DNA of 64,000 bases, taken from Bugula neritina. Its lineage: Eukaryota > Animalia > Bryozoa. Within the stretch, counting starts at the first letter, position 1, and every line of letters starts with the position of its first letter. The DNA is taken from positions 7,326,698 through 7,390,697 of the forward strand of contig OZ037765.1 in the NCBI GenBank assembly GCA_964035545.1, in the 5' to 3' direction. Below are positions 24,247 to 37,392 of the stretch, one piece after another. The position numbers and the translations under genes were made by a program. The notes beneath the pieces are model-generated. The model saw only the letters and a list, made by a program, of their open reading frames with translations, was not told the DNA's origin and ran no database searches.

Positions 24247-26439
24247 AGTTCTAATTTTAACAACTTTTAATGACAGACTAATTTTTTAATGTCCATTTAT
24301 TTTCTTGTTTTGTTAGCAACACTTAATTTTTTATGTATTACACTCATTGCCTCAGTTGTCTACTTTCTGTTTGTGAGTATTTACAGGCAAATGAGCTGAT
24401 CATTAAATTGATTAAAATAAATACGGTATAATTGTACACATACGGTGCATACATGTATTGTGTTTTAAAAATAAAAAGTTGCATATCAAGGTTAAATTTA
24501 ATTTTCAATTATCACAAGTTGTTGTTCACCTTTCACTGTTATGTCCTGATCAGGTGGCAACTATCACACATGGTGTATTAAAATTATTAATTGATGGAAT
24601 ACCCCTACTATTTATGTGACCAGTCTGCTTTACAATATAATAACCGAAACTAGGATCACATAAATTCAATTCCTTTGATTACAATAATTAAGCTTTGTCT
24701 CTAAAAGTGGTAGTATGTCTTCCTTACTCAATTTGGGAGATACTGGTATTGTAAAAAATATATTGGATTGATATTAAGTTTGGGCGAATTAAATAATGTA
24801 TGTTGAAAATTATCAAAATTCTGCTGCTTCTAATAATGGGGTAATTAGATTTGATATAATTTAGAAATCGATCATGACTGCACTAATGGGGTAACAAGCA
24901 CTGGGGTTCTGAAGTATTGCACAAACCAACTAGCCATCCTGCAATTGCATATGACATTTCACTTATTCCAATTTATCAAATGTTGGTTTTAAAATCTAAA
25001 CCGTTTTTCATGTCCCATGAATGAAAGCTTTAATTACTTAAGAGTTGTGTCCACAATTCCAATTATCATGAGCATACTATGATAATATTATGACAATAGC
25101 TATTTGGTTAATGAGCAAACCAACTTTATATCAAGAATATATGTAAATCATACAATTAATTCTTTTTAGGCTGTCTAATCCAATCAAAAACACTTTAAAA
25201 TATCAATATTTCACTTTGACAGCTGCATGCAGTAACCAATTAATTTTAAACAGATGCCATCAGAAATAGATAAACAATAATATAAATATTAAAGTAGCTA
25301 TAAGTTACCATATGAATGTCAGTAATGCAGCAGTGGTGTATCTGGTAAAAATATCACTATTGGTAAAATGATGAATACTTTTCAGTATATTTTTATAACT
25401 GGCAAAACCTATGGTAGGTTGCAGTCATTATGAGCAGCAAAAGGTCTTGACATTTGCCTGCTATATCTATAAAGCATTTCTATTGACTTCCAGGCACTTA
25501 CTGAATGTCACTACGAATTATATTTCTTTCACTTTATCTAATTTTGTGGTTATTTCAAGTAATTGAGTTTTTGACAAGTATGTTGAATTTATTCCAAGAT
25601 TAGCTACTTAAATCCTATCATCAAATAGTCATATAAATGACCCCATGATGCTGTAGCTTGTTTTGCCATTGCCATCTATTAACATACTGTGTCTGTTGGT
25701 AAATTCTGCTTTACTAAAAGCTCTACCCTGCTCCAGTGCTACTTTATTTTTTCAAAAAGTTCTTCAAATAAATTTTGAACACTGTTTCTTTTAAATTTTG
25801 AGAAGTACAATGATTCCTTAATTCTATTGCATAAATAAAACTAGTACAGAATTTTTTATCTCCACTGCAAGGAGACCAATAATAGCAGTTTCCTTAGGAC
25901 TACTTGATTGCTGCATTGTTTAGTTATTTTTTCTATTTTAAGATAAGCCTGTTGAAAAGTTCATAAGATCACTTTTTCTCCACGTCTGTAACCTTCAGAA
26001 TATATATAATTTATCTTCAAATGATATAAACTTAATTTTAATTACTAATCTAGAAAGAAAAAAGTCTCAAGTTGTTATATTTTAAGCAATATTTATTCTA
26101 ATCATCTATATATTCAACATAAGCTATTAGTAAATAAAACTAAAGTTAATTTCAATTTATGCAACAATTGTGTCAACTCTATTGAAAAACAAAATTGATT
26201 AAAAATGGCACTATTTAAAACAGGGGAGGTAACTCTAGTTTTAGAAACTAACTCTACTCCTTTGAGACTAGAGTCTCAATACAAAAGCAGGTAGCTACAG
26301 TTGCATAATAGAGTGAGATATGCAAAGGGTTAAAGTTCAATAAATCACTCTGGAATTGTGTCTTTTAATCCTCAGCGTGATCTATGTATCAAGTTTAATC
26401 CTTCGTTAACTCTTTGCTTGCTTATTGGAACTCGATGAT

Positions 26440-26640
26440 GGATAGCAACAAAAGTCGGTATAAATTTGTTTCACCCGCTTATTTTGCCAATTTGTAAATA
26501 AAATGTCCTCTTATTTGCCCGAGCTTAACTAAAAACTCAGGCTACAGCCACACGTGTTTGCGCCTGCACACAACCGCAACAATTATTATCAACTTGTGAA
26601 ATCCCATGTTGCCCATCGCTTGTCACTCATCCCTGGTAAA
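26440..26640 (+). promoter_or_regulatory. Probable APIP promoter / non-coding first exon with E-box
   Basis: CpG-retaining patch, CACGTG at 26551-26556 followed by TGCGCCTGCAC (NRF1-like). Candidate donor CTG|GTAAAG at 26635/26636, followed by a periodic tract. Confidence 0.5.
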
Positions 26641-26739
26641 GCAATTTATTAGGATTACTGCAACTAATTTATTATAATTATTTTAGCTAATTTTAAATAA
26701 TTGCTTAATTCATTATTGAAGCTGCAAAGTAAAATTTAC

Positions 26740-27490
26740 CTGAGGCTGGAGGTCATACTGATAGTGATACTCAAAGAAATAGTCATAGTGACTGTGATGG
26801 TCACTGGCCATGATCGGCGCTTGCCCATTGTCCATTGGTGAATCATTGGCCATTGGGATACTAATAGTAAATGTCATACTTTAACTAGAAGACGAAGTAA
26901 TAGTTGAAGTCGAACTAGAAGTATATTAATATAAGTAGTGGTAGACCGCCTGTTCAACTTCATGTTCATTTTGATGTTTCACTTGAAGTTGATGTTACCA
27001 TAGTGATACTGGTAGTGATACTGATAGTCATAACCATAGCCCACAGGTGTGATTGATTATAAATGTTAATGAATTAATCTTGAAGTTTGAGTGATAACTA
27101 ATAGTCATAGTATTAGTAATAAGTTTTAAATTAATAATTGATTGAATTCAAACTTGAAGTTAAAGTTAATGATATAATTATATTTACAATATAAAGTTTA
27201 ATATCCAAGTTCAATATTTTATCAATATGTTTAATTTTTATCAAGGTTGTTAGCTCAAGATTTGCTTTTACTTTTAGTCGCACCATCACTCTTCAGTGAG
27301 AGTATCACAATCACAATGTTGGTTTTGAGTGTTGACAACTGCAATGAAACATTCTTAGGCTATTAGTATTACTATCAAGTCTAGAAGAGTGTCCAGTGTA
27401 AAATTCATCAGTAGAATGCTAACTACTAGGAAATGACTATGTGTCGCATATGTATATACTTATTATAGTAAGTGAGTATTCTACTGATTA
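26740..27490. repeat. Degenerate period-6 tract in the presumed APIP first intron
   Basis: CATACT GATAGT GATACT CAAAGA AATAGT CATAGT GACTGT GATGGT; CATAGT GATACT GGTAGT GATACT GATAGT CATAAC CATAGC; CAAACT TGAAGT TAAAGT. Confidence 0.75.
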
Positions 27491-27702
27491 TTTTGTGCTG
27501 AAAACTCCTCTACATTTGCTATAAAACATCTAGCTGGAATGAAGCAAACTGCTCAGATTACTTTAAACGATGGCTTTAAACAATTTCGGATTTGTATCTA
27601 TTTGTTTAATTAGTTTTATTTATACATTTCACATATTGCTTGTAAACTTGCACAATTTTTAATTATAGATTTTGTACAGAAGAGGTCTGAGTGCAAAGGA
27701 TA

Positions 27703-30700
27703 ATGACGGCTGATAAGGTGACATTAATAACCGTAACCAATAGTAACCAATATAGCTTATAAGTTTATAACATTTAATGCTCTAGATATGATATTTTCTA
27801 TTTTGCAGGATGTTCATGTCATATTTTATAACCTAGCTCTCTTTCTATCATTAGTTGTTTCATGGTTATTAGTATCATAAATAGCTAAATAAAGGCGAAT
27901 ACACTCTATTAATCTTCTGTTATGAAATAATTTCTGAATAAAGATTGCTCAGTGGAAGCAAATAACAAGAAATTTAAAATATATAATTAAATACTCACTA
28001 AGATTTTTTTATGTGTGATTTACGTTAAACATATTATAGAATTTTAGGAGCACCCTAGCATTCTTATCCCACAACTATGCCAGCAATTCTATCAGCTTGG
28101 TTGGGTAACTGGAACTGGTGGTGGTATCAGCATCAAATCAGGGTCAGTATACGCTCATGTAGTTAAAGTATTTAATGTAAAACATCATTGTTATTTTCTA
28201 TGTTATATATTATACTGTTATACTGTTATACTGTACATTCAAGTTGGGCTATCTACTGAGATAATGCTAAACACATGCTGCTCTAATGGTGAGTTGGTTA
28301 AATGTTTCAGATCTGATATATATGTGGCTCCATCTGGTGTACAAAAAGAAAGAATATTGGTAATGGTTTATCAGTACTAATTATGAGCAGTTTGTATCAG
28401 AGACTGGCATGCAATTTATAGTTCAGTCATCAAAATAATAAACAATTCAGCATTGATCTATCCCATAAATTTGGTTGCACTTACTAATTCTTTGCAACTA
28501 TTGCCAATGCATATTTTATTTTCCTCTCAATAACATGTGTGTATATAGATTTAAAATAATTAAATAGGGAATACTATTTGCGGAGTAAAAAGATGTATAT
28601 ATTTGTACCACCACTTTGCTTTTGTTCAAATTTAGTTTCGGATTTTATAAATTGATTTTATAATGTATGAATTTTAGCCTGAAGACATATTTAAGCTGTC
28701 TAGTGATGGGGATTTAATAGAAGGCCCTCCACCAAAGAAGAAACTCAAGCAAAGTCAATGCACACCACTTTTTATGAATGCCTACACACAAAGGGGTAGG
28801 TAAAAGAGATTTTATTGCTTAGGAGATATATTGAGCATGAATGCTACTCATTTTTGTATCAACACATTTTCATTATGCCTAACTTCATGATTATTTTAAA
28901 TTGTAAAATTATTTTGAAAAGCAAGTTGAATTAGATCAGTTGCTAAATGTTATGGTGACACGACATTTCGAAAATGGACAATTGAAAAACAGACATTTGT
29001 AAAATGAAAAATATTCAACATGGTCTAGTCCTGAGGGGTTGTCCAGCATCTGGTCAATTCTAAAATAGCTTTTAAAAATAAATATAATGGCCGAATTAGT
29101 TAGGCTATCATAGAAGTAGAATTAGTAGTTCTAATTTACAGTTGTTCACATTTACAAAAAGCTTTTTGAACCCGACCAGATACTAAATGCCCCCTCTGAA
29201 CTAAGCCATGTTGAATATTTTTCATTCTTTAAATGTCACTCTCCAAATATGTATTTTCCAATCGTCCATTTTCCAAATAGGTGTTTTCCAATTGTCATTT
29301 TCGAATTGTCGCGGATTCAAATGTTTTTGTACCAGCAAGCAAGCTAACAAGTTTCAAAAATATTTAGAGTAGATAACTTCCAATTGCCAAGTTAATTTTT
29401 TAACCAGGTGTGCTGTCTTACTGTGCAGCCCAGTCAATGTGTGAGTTACTGTAGTGCAATAAGAACCTGTAATTTTAGCTAAAAATTGGAAATCCTTATT
29501 TGCCTATTTATAATATTATAAAGCTTTGTTATTTTATGTTGTGCTTTTAATAATGAATATTATTTTTGTATTAACCAGATGTGAAATATGGTCAATTTTT
29601 TCAATTTCAATGCAATAAAAAATTTCTCTAAATTTTTTAAACAAATAAGAATAGAATGGTTGTGATTTGCCAAAAACTTATTTAATTTGTAATGTGTAAA
29701 ATATTTATTTTAAACATCTCGTTAAATATTATCATATGCATTTTATTGAGATGTTAACAACATTGTTTTAACTTACAATGATTAAGTTAACTGGAAATAA
29801 TTTAGGAGCTGGTGATAATTAAAAATGCCGAAATTACCAACACCAAAAATTGACCAACAGAATACATATTATGTCATGCTTTGGAGTTATTTGCTCTATA
29901 TATGTAGTGCAGAACTTCATTCCTTGTTTTCAAATTCTTAGATGCTGGAGCAGTTATCCACACTCATTCAAAGTATGCAGTTCTAGCGACACTACTATAT
30001 CCTGGCACAGAGTTTAAAATCCAGTACCAGGAAATGATAAAAGGAATCCGGCAAGATGCAAGCGGTAACCAAATTAAGCAATATGTATTGTGTGTATTTT
30101 AAGTAGAAGACAAATGTTGGTTTCACAAAACCATATAATGTAGTTTAGAAACTAATGTTAATACTTTAAGAAAATATCTGTACAATCATGTATTCTATCG
30201 ATATTTTAAAAAAAAAGTTTATTATTTTTGTAGTAGCACTGTTGCGACTTTTCATGGTTGCAAAACTTGCCGTCAAAACGGTTGGCTGTTTCAGGGACTT
30301 ATTTGAAGTATGATGACAAGTTAGTGGTGCCCATAATAGAGAATACTTGTGTTGAAAGTGAGTTAGCTAGTGCTATGGCTTCAGCTATGGCCGACTACCC
30401 AGAATGCCCGGCTGTATTAGTCAGACGTCATGGCCTCTATGTGTGGGGACCAACATGGCAGAAGGCTAAAACTATGTGAGTTGGAAAGTTTTTCTTGGCA
30501 GCCCAAATGACTAATTGAAGATTATGTCCATGAATTCAGTGACACTTTTATTTGTTGAACCAATTTGTAAATGTTTGCTTTTACCATATTTTCTATATAA
30601 AACTTTAGAGTTGCTTTTCAACACAATGAGTAGATGTAATGTGATGCAGCTTTACTTATTTGTTGCAAGTGTCCAAAATTAAGGAGAATTTTAGCCTATG

Positions 30701-30872
30701 ATTAAGATTGAATTCCACCCGCCTTTAATTTTGTAGGTGCGAGTGCTTAGACTACCTGTTCGAAATGGCTGTGGAAATGAAGAAACTAGGGTTAGATCCT
30801 TGTGAGCCGCCTTCTTTTGCTGAAGGTGCCTACCTCTCCAAAGAGCATCAACTGATAAAAAATATGCGATGA
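27703..30872 (+). CDS. APIP: Methylthioribulose-1-phosphate dehydratase (MtnB / APAF1-interacting protein), ~238 aa, 7 coding exons
   Basis: Exons 27703-27717, 28048-28142, 28311-28359, 28678-28795, 29942-30064, 30295-30475, 30737-30872 (717 nt). Motifs [69 protein letters not shown]. Confidence 0.95.
28954..29318. mobile_element. Foldback MITE with long imperfect inverted arms, Mutator-like, in APIP intron
   Basis: Left arm CGACATTTCGAAAATGGACAATTG...GAAAAATATTCAACATGG...ATCTGGTC pairs with the reverse complement of 29150-29312. Subterminal ~15-bp repeats are present. 9-bp flanks AAATGTTAT (28945-28953) and AAATGTTTT (29319-29327) fit a TSD with one mismatch. Confidence 0.8.
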
Positions 30873-31216
30873 ATTTGGCTTGCATTTTGACATACACATA
30901 TATATATATTTTAATTTTTTAGTATCAAAATAGCATTGCTAATAATTTTACAATTTTAGCATTTGGTGGCAAAATGATTTACGACTTAATATTTTTTATA
31001 GCATGTGTTACATTTTTAATTGTTGGTTATTACTTGAAAAAAGCATTTGATTCATCTCTTGTAAATATACTATTGGACAAGAATAAGTAATAATAGTATT
31101 ACTAGTTAAATATTTTATTTCAAATTTAAGCATCACTCACATGACCGAAGCATATGAAGTAATTTGCCAAGACAAATATTGTGACATCGATTTATTCATC
31201 ATTTGCAAAAAAATAT

Positions 31217-34200
31217 CTAGATAAAATTTAGCATTGACTCTTTTAATGTACTGTTGGCGAGTTTAGAAATTGCATCTTTGTGTTGCCCAAGTAATTTGAC
31301 AAGAGTTGTCTTTCCTTGATCACTGATGGAAGAATTGAGCAACCTGAGGCAAAAATCATAACCATGTCATAGTGAGCAAGTGGCTGTAGACAAGTCAATT
31401 ATATATATATATTATATATAATGATGTATAGTTTCCCAGCAAAGAGCTCAGAGCAAAGTGAATAAAAGTATTATACGATAAAGGACAATACTGATATATA
31501 TATATATAGAAGGTGGTTTGATTTCATGTAAAATTATAATACAGTGTTGAATATATGCACTGTAACACAAGACAGACTTACGTAAGGATTAGGTAACAGC
31601 CCTGCTCATATTGACAATATGTTGAAAGATGAGAAGACTTTATACCATCAACAAACTGATCAGCGACAGAGCCTGCAAATATGAGACAAATATGAGAGAC
31701 ATTGCCAAGTCTGCTTGCTGGTATATGTTATAAACAAACCACACTTATCTTGTAAGTCAATCTAATTTCTAGTTGATGGCTAATGTGACAATAACAGTGA
31801 AACATTGGCCAATGTTATGGAATTACTCCAAGTTTATACACTAGAATAAAATTATTAGTGTGTTTTTGCCAAGAAGAAAAACTATGAACAATTTCATGTG
31901 TCTATGATGCAAGCAGCTTGCCTACTAGATTTCACATAACCACAAATATTTTGATGAAAATCTGAAAGATGATAAACACCTGCGTATAAATAGTTTTTAA
32001 GTAGTGTATCCATAATATAACTCACACTTGTCAGAAGTTGATTAAGAGAATTTCTTTGACCATATTACAATGGACATAATTTCAGACACTGCCTTGTCAT
32101 AATGACACTCAGAGTTATTAACCACCACTCACCAGTAGCATCATTCTGTATCAACTTTTGAATGCAGAATCGCATAGCTTTATCATTCAACACATGACTA
32201 CTAGCAGTTTCACTGTAAGGACTGTCAAACAGAGTGACTATTCTACTGAGTAGAGGGTTTTGGTCTCCTGAAGCGTGTTTTAGAATTGAGAAGAGCAGCA
32301 TTTTGAGAGCGCCATTAGACATCAATTTGTCGAGGTGTTCAGCAGCGTATGCCAAGCAGGCAGATGAAATCTACAAGAATGTCAAGTAGGAATATTTGTC
32401 AATAAATTCAATTCTGATGAATATTTCCGCTTTCACAATTTAAATTTTAATCAAGTAGAATAATTACAGATGAATTCTAAAAACTACACCAAACTGTTAA
32501 CATTGTATTTAGCAGACTAATGAAATAAACAATTGATAAAAGTTGACACACAGCAACAAAAATATAATAACAATGTAGCTGTTGTAGTTAATCCGGACAA
32601 GGAAACACATAAATTCATAGTATTTTATATAGTTGAGTTATTTCATTATAAAATGCACTACACTTTGCTACAATCAATAGTTAGACTGAGATTTATATAG
32701 AATAATATATAAATAAATAATATCTGCAGCACAGCTTGACACAGATATATCCTATCATCAAGACATACATATGCCAGACTTGGCAGTCATTTGCCTTTGA
32801 CAGTTATAAAGCTATGAAGCCACCTGTTAGTGAGAAATTTTTGCACTACAAAATCTATTTGATACACCAACTTGATATGATTATATGAGTGAATATTGCT
32901 AGTTTGATTATAGTAAAGAAATGGGCATGGCGAACACCTCTTTGAAAATAGTGCAAGAGAAATCAAATGGCAATACCTCATCCCTGAGCTCTTTTCGTCT
33001 GATATCCGAATCCTTTTTACTAAATGGATTAGCGTCACCAATAGACAGGAAGTCTCTGATCTCTTTATTAACACACTGGGGATCTCGAGCGTTCAGCAAG
33101 TAGTGAAGAACGTGGCGGCCGTATTTGTCATCTACTAACACCTGCATTTTCTCAATGATGGTAGACACTATCAGCTGTTGAGAACAAAATATAGAGAAAT
33201 CAATTAAAACAAAAGCAAATAAAATACACAGAAGAGAAAACGTATATCTAAACAAAGTATATAAAACTTCTTACCTTGGAAACTAATTTTGTATCGTCTA
33301 CAGTGTCAAATATAGCATAGAGTAGCATGTGACCGTACTCTTCCACAAGTAGCTTCTCAATGTATGGCTTAATCTGTTTTATTATAAGTTTTCGACCTTT
33401 AGCTGAGCTGTACCACACGACGTACATGCCAGCCTTAGCACCTTCTCTAGTGTGAACTATATTAGGAACATGTTCTTGGAGACACTCGGCTAGTGCCTGC
33501 AATCATAATATACATTTACTAACACTTGTGTATGTAGAAACCACTTTGTAATGTCTACATAGTGGCACAATTCTTGTACTGTACTGTTATACATGTACAC
33601 ATTGTGAAAAGATGGTTCTGTACTACCAGTAGATATCAAGTGGGTACTGTAGGTTATAGATGGCATTAATAAATCAATTAACTGAACATTCATTCGCTTT
33701 GAAATTTAATGCAGTAACCTCTATTTGAAGTAATTTAATATAAAAAAACATTGTTCAGCTTTATTGAAAAATATTTAACGTGATGTTTTTCAAGTCAGTA
33801 ATATGGCACACAATTGACAATCTACGCATTTGGTATGCTGTCACAATTATTTGTATGCTATGGAGTATAGAAGCAGTTAAAAAAAACAATTTTTTAAGCA
33901 TAATTGTCAATCTGCAGTGTAGACAAACCAAGCAAGGCTTTTTAAATTCTAATTGTAACATTTGCTATTTCTATATAAATTGGGAAACATCATACAAAGC
34001 AGGACACAGCTACAAGTTACAGTATGTGTAATATATGTATTATACTTGATAGTGTAATATATTTAACATTATATTATATTTAATAGTAGGCTACATTACA
34101 TTTAATAGTATATTATTACATCTGATAGTATATTATATCTGATAGAAACGGAGGCAGGTATGATTAATTGATGCGTTTCAATTTTTGATTTTACCCTCCT

Positions 34201-37200
34201 GAAAGTTATCAACTCCATTGTCATATAAATAACTGTGACACAACAGCCAGTGACGGACTATAGATATTTAGTATGTCAACTACCAACCTGACGATCAGTG
34301 TCATCTGAGTGTGTCAGGTACTCAAACAGCAAGTTGTGAACAAAAGTATAGCTGAGAGCGTCTTTATGAATAATACTCTCCAGGGTTTCTCTCATGTATT
34401 TCAAAATAAACGGCTTCTTTTCTGGCTGCAAATTGAGCACCTAGAAACAGCACAGGAAATAGAAAGAAGTACACAGAAAATGCAAACCTTGTGAATTAAA
34501 GGTTCAGTTGGTGGAAAAACATATTACATAAAAAAAGCGAAAGCTTTACAACACACACATTTAAAAAAAATAGAGCACTGAATTCAGTAAATAATGTAGC
34601 ATCAGATGCAGATTAGCATTTCAAATTATCTACAGCAGACTAGTATCATTGTAGGCCTATATGCTTGTCCAGGTTGCCAGTTTCCATGAACTATGCCATT
34701 GCCAAAAATAAAGGGAGCCATTTTTAATGCAAATATTTTCTTACTGACAAGTTTGTGTATTCAAGAGCCTGGAACATTTTACAGCTGTCTAGTAATAAAT
34801 GTTGCTTGCGCATAATTACATTCAATCTGCTTAACCAATCGTCAGATTTTCCGATTTTTTTCAACGTAGAAGGTGTACTGCGGTTTGATCATCACCAATG
34901 TTTAAGAATGTTAAAGTATTTTAAGAAAACCGTCCCAACGTAGCCAGGCCTTATAAATTCTCACGTACGATTCACAAAAGTTGAGATTCAGTCTCAAGAG
35001 TGCAACAAAAGTACGATTGAGCAGTCAGGACATGGTAACAACCATTTTCCCGTAACACGGAAATGAAATAACAGAAATACGTCTAAGAGTCAAGTGAAAT
35101 GTCAGGAATAAACCTGCCTCAGATAGCGGCTGGTCCTTGGCTGTGGAGACCAGCATAAATGAAGGCCCATAGAATTGTCTAGAGAAGGAGAGCCTCTGCT
35201 GAGAGTTGGCATACTCATTGTACGCATACTCTACTACAGGGCCGGCTGTTTTATGAGTCAGGAGTCGTCTCGCATTCTCCATCAACTTTCCTGCAAAAAT
35301 ATCCAGTATAGATGTAATAGAGCCGTAGCAAAGAGTCCAGTATATTTAGCCAACTATTATGACCTTGGAAACATGCGCATGTCTCAACAAAGTTTTACTT
35401 TACCTCCTCCACAACATCACAAGCATTCAGAAACTAACCAGTATATGTTTAGAACTTAGAAAAAGAGCATTCACAATATAATTACACTGTGAAATGTATT
35501 TCGAGAGTAAATGTAACTCGCAAGTACCACACCTATGATGAAATGTTTTTCCTCCTTAGTTCCTCTCCTAAGAAGTGACCTGACAAAGAATACCGAGTAT
35601 TTCGACTTGGTCATCTCCAACACAGACTCCTTAAGACTTGAGAATAACTCTGATCTCAAAACTGCAGGTGCATATTTACATAAGCATTGAAATATTCTAG
35701 TGGTGTCATGAGCAAACACAAAGTCCCTTTCCTTCCCTCGGACTAATGTCATAATCTAAAAGACCAAGGCATTGTGAAAATAACAAATATGTACAAAACC
35801 AGTGTTCACTCTATGCAGAGTAAAGGCTTTGCAGTTGTAAATCATTTGTGGGATGCTTTGCTATAGAACAGGAATAACTTCCTGACAAAAACTAATATTT
35901 GCATTTCTTCCAAAATTATCACCTAAACTATAAACAGGAAAAGGAAGAGAATAATTGTCAGAAGGAAAGTGGAACGACTGAAACTCTATATGTATAATTC
36001 AATTAGTAAATAGCAAACTAATAATCTGCCACTATAACTATATACATTTGTAAAGAATGCTGCTGTTTAAAATTTAATGGAATTGAAAATCTAAAAATGA
36101 CTTAATAGTACCACATAAAACATCTTACTTTATCACACAGCTGCATTCTTTTATCCTTTGACATATCCTGCCTGCGCAAATCCTCCCACAACTTCTTGAT
36201 TTCAACAGTGACATCATAGTGACTGCAATCTTTCTGCCTCCTCTCAATTCGCAAACTTTTAGCCTTAGCATGAGATTCTTTGCTGCTCAGTTTCACAGGC
36301 TTTGGCTGCTCTATAAACATTGGGGAAACTTTAATTGGTGATGAATTGATGAACCAGCATACAAATTTATTAAATTATACTTTTACTGTAGTAAAATATT
36401 AAAACGCTCATCTATGGTACAATTATTTTCAAGTATAAAGGATGAGTGTAAATACTCCGATAAAAACATGGAAACTGTAAAAGAGTAAAATATACAATTA
36501 CATAATTTAAGATACTCATAGCTGTTGAAATACTTGATTGTCATGCTCAAACTAATACTTATTAATACATAACAAAGGGCTAATACTTATACTAATACTA
36601 GTAATAATGATAGTAATATTTATATTAGACATCATTATAATAGTACTGATACTGATAGTACTAGTAGTAGTACTACCAATATTGAATATACTTATACCAT
36701 CACTGATTACTAATACTTATAGCTATACAGTTATAATTGAATATTATCAGTATCATATTCATAATGAGTGATAATGGCAATCTCAATCTGCTATTGTTAA
36801 TCATAATCATAATGATATTCATATTCATATTGATAATCACTTAATCATCATGATAACCCAGTGATACTAATAGTGAGACTGAGAATACCTGTACTCAGTA
36901 CTGCAACTGTAAGACTAAGTGTATCAGACTCAGCATCAGTATGAGTACGAGTATAGGTAATAGCCTAGTGCACCACAGCTACAATAACAATATGAATTAC
37001 TGAATATGAAATTACTACACTTTTAATTTGAGGGAGTTACCGATAGTGATTTCAATCTTCAGTCAAAATTAAGAAAAACAACAATTACTATTACTATTAG
37101 TATTACTAATACCATTAGTATTAGTATTAGTATAAGTATTACATTTACTATTTGAATTTGAATTTCATTTGTGATTAACAACAACTGATTTGTCCGACAG

Positions 37201-37392
37201 TAACTTGAGATTGATTTGAAACTTACTTTTCAATTTATCTACAGTAAACTTTTTACTGTGAGGTTTATGTTTTTCCTTTTTAGTGGACGGATTTGGTTTA
37301 ACAGTGGGTGTCTTTCGTTTTTTATTAGCTACAACACCAGCATTTTCTTTGGCTGAAGTCTCCTCACGTGAACGCTTTTTAAGGTTGGCCAT
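31217..37392 (-). CDS. PUM3: Pumilio homolog 3 (Puf-A / Puf6 / KIAA0020), ~590 aa, 10 exons
   Basis: Exons 37392-37227, 36310-36129, 35755-35533, 35290-35118, 34440-34288, 33496-33275, 33174-32977, 32370-32133, 31672-31582, 31343-31217 (1773 nt; intron 4 is GC-AG). Motifs KKLWEDLRR, FAHDTTRIFQC, VHTREGAK, KGRKLIIK, FDTVDDTKLV, DKYGRHVLHYLL, SKKDSDIRRKEL (CPL domain). Confidence 0.93.
36545..37170. repeat. Degenerate period-6 tract at the 5' end of PUM3 intron 1
   Basis: ATTACT ATTACT ATTAGT ATTACT AATACC ATTAGT ATTAGT ATTAGT ATAAGT; TCAGAC TCAGCA TCAGTA TGAGTA CGAGTA; begins about 60 nt from the exon 1 donor. Confidence 0.75.

Noticed and set aside
25300-26050. Possible decayed minus-strand coding sequence between the Ski-like gene and APIP
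   Set aside because: Only short open stretches with many stops and no motif I recognise; a translated search would be needed.
34830-35100. CpG-retaining segment in PUM3 intron 4 as a young insertion
   Set aside because: I could not find TIRs, a TSD or a second copy in the window.
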